The notes beneath the pieces are model-generated. The model had not been told where the DNA came from. It worked only from the letters and a program-made list of their open reading frames with translations, and did not search any database. From assembly GCF_964355755.1 (NCBI RefSeq), contig NC_092676.1, positions 14,216,871 to 14,280,870 on the forward strand: 64,000 nt of DNA, written 5' to 3'. This document shows positions 25,401-37,400 of this stretch, piece by piece (the stretch's first letter is position 1; each line of letters opens with the position of its first letter). Source of the DNA: Antedon mediterranea. Its lineage: Eukaryota > Animalia > Echinodermata. Made by a program: the position numbers and the translations under genes.

Positions 25401-28400
25401 TCAAACGTCCATTAATTACGGTCTCACGGGCTGACTTGAAAGCTGTATCATTGCCAGAGAGAGGATGGCTAAAAAATTCATCAAAATCTATTAGGCCGTG
25501 GGCTGAACACTGAAAAGTGGCTTAGTTTTTTAGTTTCGTGGTGACCCTCTGGCAGCTACCTCATCTTTTGTAGAATTGTTCTACACATATATCATATCAT
25601 AAAAACCAAACTCGTCAGTGAAAAAAGTTGCACATTAATTAATTAGAACGATTTTAAGATTATTAATTAAAAACATGCGCCCTCTATTGCCAAAATGTAA
25701 AACTCCCTATTCTTTTGCATTATACAATATCTATGTTTGCCAATAGAGGGCGCATTTTTATAAATTAAATAAGCTCACAATACTGTACCTGTCTGTATAG
25801 TATAAATACAGTAGTAAGACATAGCAGTACCACAGATACTGTATTATATTACATTGGAAGTTGTTGATTTTGTATCAAAACGTTATAAATTATAAAATAG
25901 AGTGGAAACGTGATTGAAAAGGATTATTTTATATCAATTTTAAAGAACAAACATAAAGATGATTTTTATGTCAATGTATTGTGTGTATAATAATTGTAAA
26001 ATACTATAGACAACCTTTATTTATATACTCATCACATTTATTAGAGACTTGGTAACATAAATACTATATACCAAGTTACAATTATCACAAAATTAATAAA
26101 TTTTACTTGGATATTGCATATATTATTACAGGATATTCTATTTGGCAAATAATGAAATTAGGTTATCTTTAATGATTCTCTGCTCAATAACATTTTGACA
26201 GAAGATGTTATACTATTGACAGTACAGATCCACTTCTGGGTTTTCAGTTCGACTGTAGCATCTACATACTCTTGTGTATTTTAAGTAGCACGATCGGTGA
26301 TACTTAGCTTCAATAGCTACCAAATCTTTATCGTGGATTTTTAGCAGCATTTCTTGATCTTTTTTTAGCGTTGCTGCTGTTTTTAAACATCCTCCATCAA
26401 TGGTCTCACACTGCACCAACTTCTCCACTCTGCGCTTTCTTGAAATGTTGTTAGTTGCATATTGTATACGCTTACAAATAATACATATCGGTGGCAACAC
26501 ATGTGCACGATCAACACGTGGACGGTCTTCAGGCATCATAGATCGCAAAAGAATCTTGGAAGCTTGTGCTGTGTTGTGTTCATCACCTGCAATTTCCTCA
26601 ACATTTGGACTAGGTTCCAAAACTTCTTGTGCTTTGAAAGAATAGTGTTCAATAATTAATATTTATTGCTACAGTGTCTATGTGACCAGATACTAAATTA
26701 CAATGACAGTTAAAGGAGTAGGAATGAAACTAAAGGATGAATTTAGGAATAATAAAGGCAAGTTGCCGATGAATGAACACATTTTACCAGTTGAGTACAG
26801 TTATACTTTTCACAGATATTTTCTTTTCCTTTCATTTTTATTCGCTTAGATGCCTTGGCAATAGGTGCTTGACATTATTATTATTATATATTCTGAAACT
26901 TACCTTTCCACTTTAAGTACCGTGCTTCAGCTCATTTAATCTTAGTAATATTGCAGAAGTTGAAATAACACTCAGTCAGTGTGGTATCCAGGAATCCCAA
27001 ATCGATATAAAGCTATAAGCGAACAATCTAGCATAGTTTTAAAATACAGACAAAGAAAATGCTAACCTTTTTCTTGGCCTAGACGTCAAACTAGCAGTGC
27101 TAGTAGGCGGTCCTTCTTCGTCTTCGTCGGCGGTAGTACTAGGCTACTAGGAGTAGTGGCCTCATATATTCTTCGAACACGAAGGATGATGCAATTTTAC
27201 TTTCAGGGCAATTCAGAACCTTCCAACGTGAGCAGCATTCTTTGAATTTCGCATAACCTTTCCCAGTTAATTTTACTAGTTTTCCTTTGGAATTTGATAC
27301 GTGCATACAGCAATAATCTGGAGTATTTTCCTCATCTTCTTCCTCTAAAAACGTTTGTTTATCATCCGACGCAGCCATGTTTCTGTATTGACGCGATGAA
27401 CCGAGCCACACGGCTGTGTTAAAACGTTTCTCATTGGATGAGATTGTTTCTCACATATGAGAGGTTAATTGTGATTGGTCCAACCGTTGGTATTTAACTG
27501 TTGATTTTTCTTCGTAATTTATCGTTTTTTATTAAAACTGTTTATTTACGACGATGGCGAGTTGGTGTTTTATGTTTTAAATTTTATTTTACAACTTTAT
27601 ATATAAAAACTGGGTAGCTGCCAGGGGTGGCACCACGACAAGTCAGGGGGTGTATAAAAATGAAATACAACCTATGCTGGGGGTCAGGGGGCCGGGGGAA
27701 TTTTTGAGAAATTATAGGTTGTAAATTGTATAAATATGCCTAATGTAGATAACATTGAACTACGGAATTTTACCAGAGTTCTTGTTTTGTTTTATTTATG
27801 TCTGGACCTACCTGTGTGCGAAGCAGTGAACCGCTACTGTAGATGGTTGATCTTGTTGTAATAAAGCTATAAGGCCATTGCGATGGCCTGTCATCACAGC
27901 AGCTCCATCTCCCAGTGCCACTAATTTCTGATTGTAAATTTCCCATGGCCGTTGAAGATTTTCATTAAAAGTGTGCTTTATTGCATCGTATATGGAAGGC
28001 GCGTCTGGTCTTTCCACGTGTACACACGCCGCAAATTTTACATTAAGCACCCCTTGGTTCTTATAACGGACGTATATTAGTTCTTGTTCTTTAATTGATG
28101 AGTCGGTTGACCCATCAGACAAAATAGCCAGGTAGCTTGCGGTATCAAGATCATTTGACAATTTTTGTCTTTCAACCTGGGCTATTGCATCGGCGAATAC
28201 TTTTGCCGTTGAATGGTTTGTGTATGTGTTGTCCAAACCTTTAGCCCTATCTAATTTGCATTGCCATTCATAGTCAGTAAACGGCCTGTTATGCATTGCC
28301 AGAGAATGGCAAGTACGAAACAAAATTGACAGCTTATGGACTACTTTTTTATTCAAATCTAAAATTATTTTGTGGCCTTGAGTATGATGTGGCTGTTCTT

Positions 28401-31400
28401 TAGCCTTCACGAGCGCTTTCGCTTTTGCGTGTGTTGCCGATGATTCGTGAAGTTTTATGGATTCAAGTTTTAAGGCACTGGAACCTTCATAAAAAGTGTT
28501 CCTTACTTTAACGCTTGGATCTATATCCGCTCCATCGAAGCATGTCCGACAAGACATGGTACCGGACAAATCGTTGTGAAAAAGCCATGGTCGGCCATGT
28601 TGCCATGCTGGCAAAAACTTTCTCTTTCATCCTTCTTTTTCGTACTTTCTTTGTGATTCCAACGTTTCTTCTTTAGTTTTGGTTTTTTTTTTCAGGCGGC
28701 GGAGAGCAATTTGCAATAAACTTTCACATTATGACTCGCAATAAAAAAATGTAAAATATTTTGAAAGAGAGATTTTTTTAAACTTTTGACCAACGAAGAT
28801 ATCAAATGGCCAGAAAAGAAAGAAAACGTTTATTGCGTCATCCGGCCTATTATGACCATATATAAGGACGCTTTATATTATATTTATGATTAACGCATAT
28901 GGAAACACGTTGTTTTGTCTATATGCGCAATAAAAAAAACGCGAGCTTCGAATTTGCAACGCAGAGAGCGAAATCGATACCAACTGCCGCACATACAACG
29001 ACCGATGACCCGGCCGGAAGGAATCATTGTAATTCAATAGCGCCGCTCTCTACGCGCATGTGACGTGTAGAGCAGTGACGCTATTTTATATTATTTACTT
29101 TGATACCACCACCCCATACCGTCAACGTCCGACACGAAAAGCAACTTTTTTTGGCCGGGGACGTGAAAATTCCCAACCTATCAGAGCTCAAGATCAATTG
29201 ACGTATGACGACGAACGTTACTGATTCGCCTAGATTTCATTTTTAGTGGAACTCTACTCACGTGGTGCGTACGTAACACACAGTGTACACACCACCCATC
29301 CTCACATGTCACGCACACACAGTGTCTACAGCAGTTACAACAACTTAACCAAGCAATAATAATTTCGGATATGTTTTATTGTTAATGCTAGTGTGATCAA
29401 TCAAGCATGCAAGCACCTGTCAGGCCGGCATAAATTATTTGTCCCCGACAAAACTTCATTGTGTCGGCGGTAAGCTAGGCTATTATGGTTTATTATAACT
29501 TTAGCCTAGCTAGGCCTAGGCCTGTTAATACTGTAATATTAATAAGGTAGGCCAGGGTCAGACGGCGGATTACGGAGGTCGCCAAACGGGTTGACCTATA
29601 CTAAACTGATACTCGCCCTTAGTAAATAAAGGTCGCCACTGGCGACCGCTAATTTTCAGCCCTGTTTTACTAAAAAAAATATTTTGACTTTTGCCAAATG
29701 GCTAAACAAAATGAAATGTTAGTGCTACCCCAGGTTAATGATAGCGCTTACAATGTTCAATTTATCATTCTGCTAGTGTTAAAAGATAGAAGGCCATTTC
29801 AAAAGCCGGTAATGATCTTGTACAATGGCTGTCAATGCTAAAAATACCCGCGCACAATAATACAAGGATACTTCGCATTTACCTACATGTATCTCCTTCT
29901 ACAAAAATTGTTTTTAATTTAAAAACCGGTTAAACATCATAATGTTGAAGAAAGACCAAATTTATTTAAAAAAATACTATTTTAATACTTTTAATACTTT
30001 TATACAAGCGTATTGATTGGCAATGAATGGAACATTTTAATTTCTCTGTCAATTCCCTTAGGCGTAATAAATCAGTGCCCAACAAAAACCAGTCCCAGTT
30101 TTTTTTACGGATATTGAGCTAGCGTTTTTGGCCGCCGTCTATACAATCAACTTTATTAGTGCACTTCCTACACCACCATCATGCTCCCCGCAAATACTCG
30201 TATCGTTGTAAAGCCAGTACTTCTGTTATTTCAATATATAACACTGAAATTGCTTGGTGACAATTATATTAGCCTACAGAATTACACTGTGTTTGTATTC
30301 ATTCGCTCAGCGTACATTTTTACAATTTCCAGTTATTTTCCTGTATTAGTAGGTTTTATAGTAGGACGTAAAGTTGTATTCGTATTAAGAACAAATTGCA
30401 TTAAATCTCAATTCTCAATGGTTTAGAAAGTGTGTTCATACATTCCTGGGCACAATTAACAACTAAATAACATTCTATCATCTTTGTAATTGTGTGTGGA
30501 GTGCCTTGCATTCACTTTGACAATTTTTGTATCATCAAAGCTTTATATATTCGAGAACCATCCGTGGGCACGTACTAGAGGGTATGCGAGCGTACCATCT
30601 AGTCCAATGTATATTTCAATCTAGATTAGTTTGTAACCTTTTGAGTTTTATTTTTCTTTTATCTCATTTCTGTTAATTTCCTTTTTTCCCCACTTCACAA
30701 TGCATGGCCTTAATGAAAAACACCCATACGAATGAAGTGTTTTGTGTGAGAAAATAAAGTATATTAATTATTATTAGGTATTTTTAACATAACCAATTTT
30801 TATTTTAGGGAGATTTTGGAAGTGATGAGGATGAAGATGATTATGATTCAGATGATGATGATGAAGGAAAGCACAAACGACCAAAAACTGGAGCATCTAA
30901 ATTCATTATAGAAGAAGCAGGTACAGAAAGAAAATACTCATTCTACAGTAGATAGGGCTTACACTGTAAAAATGTAATCCCACCTTGGGTTAGTGATACA
31001 CCAACGTCTAGGCAACACAAAATAAATGCAAACCCATTATACTCCATGTTAATGTCATAGGTATATTCAAGTATTACGACTAGACTAGAAGTATTGTTCA
31101 TAGCCTACGATGTATTGTTATGATAATTTTCTACGCGTCGATCGTACAGTACAGAAAGAAAATACTGCAACTTTACCTACGAAGTAGCTTCGTAGATAGA
31201 ATGTAAGCTACATTGTTGGCTTCATAGGTTCCATTGTTTGGCTTCGTAACCTCAATAAACAACTTTCCATGAGCTACATTCTGAACTTCGTAGTGAGTTT
31301 GTAACCTAAATAAACAACCCTACGATGTTCTTAGTGAAGTAAGAAAAGAGTGAAATTAATGTGTTAAATTTAACTGGCGGAGGACTAAGTTGTAAATTAC

Positions 31401-34400
31401 TAAAAAAGTATATAATATTTGTAATCGTAATCGTTTGCTTCGTGCTTGTTTACCTACTTAATGGAAATTAAATGTGATACTCTCTGCTTTACCACAACCT
31501 CACATGTTTTTTCTCACATGTTCTCAGTACTGGAGGGTGGCTGACGACGAAAAACGGTAATTAAGATCGTGTACCTGGATTGAACTGCTCGCATGTTTGT
31601 TCCCCTCCAATTTCTGGTCCGGCCTTTTTCTTTACACATGTCGTAATCATTTTAAAAGGCCCATGTTAATGTGGAATATATATTTATTTTGCATTTTGTT
31701 GGTGTCCTAGCCTAGGTGTCGTTTTTATAATTCGCTAACCCAAGGTAGGATTAAATAATTTATAGTGCAGGCCGCCGAAACTAGGCTAGGCCTAGCCTCA
31801 ACTCTCTCTGCGTGAGCTGAGATCCACGGGCCCTATGTCGTCTCGTCAGCGGATTTCTGTCCAAATTAACCGATGCGTACAGGGCGGCTACAAAAATTGA
31901 TGTCTATCTTTAGATAGGAATTTAATTAGCAAACAATACGTTGTTTGTTTGCGTTGTCCATGCTTCTAAAGGCGATGACAATGGTGTTTACTAACCCTAC
32001 GAACCACCCTACTACGATCGACGCGTAGATAATTATAAATTTCCCACAATGTAAACGTACAGACACGATCCAACACAGGTGAACCTCAATGAACTAGGAT
32101 AACTTATAAAAATAATCCAGAAACGATGCCAACAAAAAAGATCTTAAACAATTCATTCTAAACATGCACAAAGTAAACAATTATGATTAAAAAATAGTAA
32201 TTTACAACTTAGTCCTCTGCCAGTCAAAATTTTCACACCTTGTTAATTCACTAAAAACACCGTAGGGTTGTTTGTTAAGGTTACGAATTCTGTATGAACT
32301 TCAGAACGTAGCTCATTGAAAGATTTTTATTGAGGTTACAAAGCCAAAACAATGTAACCTACATGATTTTTGCAACAAAAAAAAAGAAAAATTGAAATTG
32401 CGATATCTCGAAAATTGAAAGAGGTATGGTTTAACTGATTGGGTGATCTGAGATGGAATGACTTTATATTTGCCGTTGCATACATAAACATGTACGAAGA
32501 AACCGATTACTGAATTTAACCTAATTAAAATATTACATACTGTAATTCTGTTATTTGTTGAAAAAGTCATTTGCAACTTGGTCCTCTGCTAGTCAAAATT
32601 AATTTGTTAATTGTTAACATGTTGTAGGGTTGTTTAAGGTTACTTTAAGTTATTTATTGAGGATACATAACGTAGTCAAGAACAAAGCCAGCTCGTGGGA
32701 AAAGTTTCACTATTTTATTTCTGTATGTGTCCTGAATCTTTTTGCCTAGAAAAATGGTTTGATTTAAAACCATAACTGAGATTCACAGCCTTTGTCTCAC
32801 CAAATTAAAAACAAGCAGTTGCTGCTTAATCCGTCCCATAAAACACATCCTGTGAAGTTTTATTTTCAGTAAAACAATTAGCTCTAACATTTTTAAATAA
32901 ATTTGCAGTACTGTAGGTTCTAATACCTGTAATATTTATAAATAACCCCTGGGCAAAAAGGGAATACCTGAACATGAACTTCTTGTTTAAATGGAAATAC
33001 AGAAAACATCTTCAACCGTGTTGCATCTAAATACTGTTTTCCTATAAATCAAAATCTGCAGTAAAAAACTATGTTATTTAGATTTGAGATCAATTATCAA
33101 TTATGAAAATGTTCTTGACATTGCTTGCAGACTCTGAATTTGATTCAGGTGATTCTAGCAATATTCATACTTTTTATTTCTGTGAAAGTGTAAGAATTTC
33201 CCTAATAATAACTAAGCATTATAACAAAAAAGATAGGGATCTTAATGTACTGTACTATGTATTTATTATTGTTTTAAAGATGTTGACAAAGATGACAGAG
33301 GAGAAGAGGATGAACTGGAATGGGAAGCTGGAGCTGAAGACTATATTGATAAGAATTTCATTGAAAATGATTCAGAAAGACATGGTGCTCAAAGGCTACA
33401 TCAATTGTTCAAGTACTAACAAAAAAACTGTCTTTAATATGGAAATGATATTAACTCCAACTAAATACAATGCCACCTCCCTTTCCCCCCCCCCCCCCCC
33501 TCATTGCATTGTATTTGGTTAAATTTATATCATTTCCATTACCAAATTTTGATTTAATACTAGTTTTTAGTGCTTTTAACATGAAAATAGCTTTCATTTG
33601 CATATTGCTGCTGATGTGCATATTTGTAAATCTGTGGTTGTTGTAAGTTATTTTCTATAGGCCTGTTGATCCATCACTGTTGCTTTTATTCCAATCTCAG
33701 CATTTCATAGTTTTTATTTTCCGAATTTTGCTCCCTTTTAGTTACTGCTTCCACTGCATACTGTTTTTTAAACAAGCACAAATGTGCAATACTCGGGGTA
33801 CAGCAAAAGAAGCTGTATTGACGTCATAAGACAGGATTTAACGTCACGTACACATCAATAACCTCGCTACCAAATATAGTAATATTATATAATAATAAAT
33901 ATATTCCGAAAAGTTACGTCACATAACCGGAAATGGCATAATTACGAAATTATGAAATCTCAAAGTGATTTTCTTTTCAAAGATACCAAACACGTCCATA
34001 ATCCAAAGATTTTTGTAAACCGGAAGTGACGTCACATAACCGGAAATGACATTATTTTGGGGTGAAATTAATCAAGTCACATCTACATTTGTAATGCAAT
34101 GATTTCTCATTTATATCGAAATTGATTATATGCAACGTATACAAATAATTCCTGAAATTATGTTGTTTTGGCAAATTGTTCTGAATTTTTTGCTATTTCC
34201 GGGAGCAGAAGTGATGTCACAATATCATAATTGGTTTACTGTATATATTATTCTCCAAGTCAAGACCTTTGAAATGACACCAAACACGGCTATATTATAA
34301 AGAAAATCGTTTGGCACCAAGGTACCATCTTCGAGACGTCATATGGCTGCATCCAGTTTGAAATTAAAAAATCCGGCTCTATAGCTTTGAGGACATGTCC

Positions 34401-37400
34401 CTGTAGTATACCCATGCCAAATCCCAGCTCAATACTACAATAAATAAGGGAGGAGTAGTACTTTATAAACGCACTTTTTTCGATTGGTACCATGTTAATG
34501 GCGTCATAATTCTGAATCCGGTTGAAGTACGAAAATTTTCTCTCTATAGCTTTGTTCACCTATACCCTAGTATATGCATGCCATGTTTCAGAGCCGTCAG
34601 AACTAGTAGGACTTGAAAGTTGGCTCAATAGTGTCCAGATGGAAGAAGAGGAGAAGATGAGAGAGTCCTAGACTCGGGTACCCCGAGTAAAAAAATGCTT
34701 TTGTATACCTGGTGTTGGAGGCCCAACAGAGTTGTCCAAAACTGTGTCTACAGTTTTTATTTCTTTTTTACAGATGAGAATAAGATTTAACCACTGTTTA
34801 CTGTTGATATTAAGAGAAAATAGGGACTACGATTACGAATATCCTATGTTCGCTAGAGCGTAAAATCATATTAGTTACGCACACCCTTCGCGTAGATGAC
34901 GACATGCTTACTACAGTGCTAGCTACTACTAGCAAATATTAGGGCTAGTCTAGGGGCCCACCTAGATATTAATACCAGTAGTAGGCTACTTACTAGCTAT
35001 GGTTGTATTGTCTTGAGTGTATGGCCTAGCTAGAACAGCAGTATCTCTCTCTTCCTCCCTTGCGGGGCCCTTTTGAATCTTTTGGCTCTGGTGATAAAGC
35101 ATTGGCCTTCCTAGCTGGGAGCCTCGCATTTAAACGCTGCGCAAAACGTGATTGCTTTTAACACAACCATTTTAACCCACAAATGTTATTTCGTTAAACA
35201 ATTTAATTATAAGTTCAAATGTTATTTACCGTATATGTCTGTGTACAAGACGCACTTTTGACACGCAAATTAGCCTTTTAAAAATAGTGTACTACTCTGC
35301 AATGTTGGCCTAGCTAGTTACTCTAGCCTGTCTAATCATGGTTGATCACCACATTGTGGTAAAAAGCTTATGGAAATAGGAAAGATTTTTATATACCGTA
35401 CATGATATTCCTGGTTCATTATCAGCCCCCCAAGAAAATGAACATCATTTGGATTGATTTTATATAATGGTCATACACACAATAACAAGGTATATATTTA
35501 AATAATATGAAATTAAACTCATTTAAATAGACGTAGGCTAGCTTTACCACACAGTGCATCGTAACTGGAAAAATGTTCCCTTTTCATGGAACGTTGACTT
35601 GAAGTAGAGACTCATTACAATGTAATAAAGGCAATCAAACAACATTATATCATTTGATTCTAATAAATATGTCTGAAATATTATTGTTTTATTATTAAAA
35701 TACCATTGTTTTGATTGTAAAATGGTTAAATTTCGGCCTAGAAATAAGTGTGTCTTATACATCGACTACATAAAAAATACTAATATTTTAGTCTCCGTTA
35801 CGGGTGCGTCTTATACACAGGTGCGACATGTACACTTAAATATACGGTAGAGTTTCGAAAATTCTACTATTAAGTTTAATTTGAACTGTATAATTTAAGG
35901 TTATATGTACCTTATTTCTAGTTGAACGGGAAAATGGCAATTGTATCGTCCTCAAAAAGTGAAGACGACATAATTTCACGCTAAGCTCTGCCAACTTGGT
36001 TAATGCTCATTCATAAATTATTCATGAGCACCGTCCTGTGACTTTCTGTCCTGTTTCGTAAAGTCCCTATTGTTTTTAAATTATAGTCAAGAAGATGAGG
36101 AGAATCTTGAAGAATACTATAGGAATCGGTATCAAACCTCATTTAGCAGCAGACAGTACGTTGATGAGGATGAGTTGCCAGATGAAATTACTCAACAGGG
36201 ACTGCAACCAGGTGTCAAGTAAGTTTAAGAAATACTTGTTCTCTATTTATTTCTTGTACTAGGTGACCTCTTCAGTAGTAGCCCAATGTACTGTACTATA
36301 AACAGCACACCCCTAATCTTTTCGAATAATGTACCAAGTTATTATTGTGCACATGAGCAGTAATATATGGGGCTTTACATTCAGATACAAGTCTCTCTTT
36401 TGCTCTCCATCGTGTCCATGTTACTTACGTTCTAATCTGAAAACATATCGGGGACAGATTGATATAAGCGGTCTATAGTATAAACAATCTTAGCGCTTAG
36501 CTATAATTGTGACGTAGCAAGTAGTCTTTATTATAGGCCATTGCTATACCGCAGTCTAACCTGTAAGCTTTTACATATTATTTATCTTGAAAGACAACCA
36601 ATTGAGCGAGTTTTAAGTGTTAAATCAAATAATAACGATGACTTTATTCTTATATAGGCCTAGAATAGATTTTCTTGCGTAGAAATGTACGTACTGTTAT
36701 GCGATTTGAACTTATTTGGTATTCTACATGTAAAGTATGCCCTCAATTTGTTACTTTATGCGGTCTTAGTTAAGACTGTTTTATAGCAATGGTCTAACAG
36801 GGGTGGCTTTAGTAAGACCGTCTGATCTGATAAAGCCGGCTTTAATCGGGGAGTTAGGACCATCAGTTAAGACTGTTTTATAGCAGTTTGCCCCAGGATA
36901 GATATATTTGCAGGATTCTTACCAGCATGTCAAGGTGGTAGCATATTTGTATTTTGTTCACTATTATAGAGACCCAAATTTATGGATGGTGAAATGTCGT
37001 ATTGGAGAGGAGAAAGCTACAGCCATTCAGATGATGAGAAAGTATATGGCTTTCCAGTATAAGGATGAGGTAAGTAAAATTTCCAGTATTACCCTTTGCA
37101 AAAAAACCGTATACGAACGTATACGATTTACATACGTTTCGTATATGTTTCGTATAGGAAGTCCACTTCGTATACGAAACGTATACGTCAATTCGGAAGT
37201 TCCTGCCCGCATAATAAACATATACGAACCGTATACGATCATTTATAAACAATTTCCTAATTATACGCTCCGTATACGATCCGTATACGACGACGCGTGT
37301 ATACAAACTGCATCGTATTACCAAGCGAAAAGGGACTCCCTCTTTTTACAAGACGACGATAGCATACGTTTACGATCGCAGGAGCATACGTTTACGATCG

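Larger units (their letters stand above)
24102..29664 (-). mobile_element. hAT transposon with a degraded, intron-containing ZNF862-like transposase
   Basis: TIR CAGGGCTGAAAATTA; flanks TTTGAC/TTTTAC; encodes TTF-type Zn finger, [20 protein letters not shown] and the C-terminal [16 protein letters not shown] dimerization domain. Confidence 0.92.
19584..29733. mobile_element. Outer hAT-like non-autonomous element of a 10-kb nested cluster
   Basis: TIR CTGGGCTCGCACT / AGTGCTACCCCAG (11/13), 5-bp TSD GTTAA; a second copy of the 5' end lies at 41741-42230. Confidence 0.7.

Noticed and set aside
24585-28614. Domesticated ZNF862-like host gene nested in SPT5
   Set aside because: Intact TIRs, frameshifts and loss of the central region indicate a dead transposon.
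33103-33522. 139-aa ORF
   Set aside because: Off-frame overlap of SPT5 exon 33280-33412 plus intron sequence.
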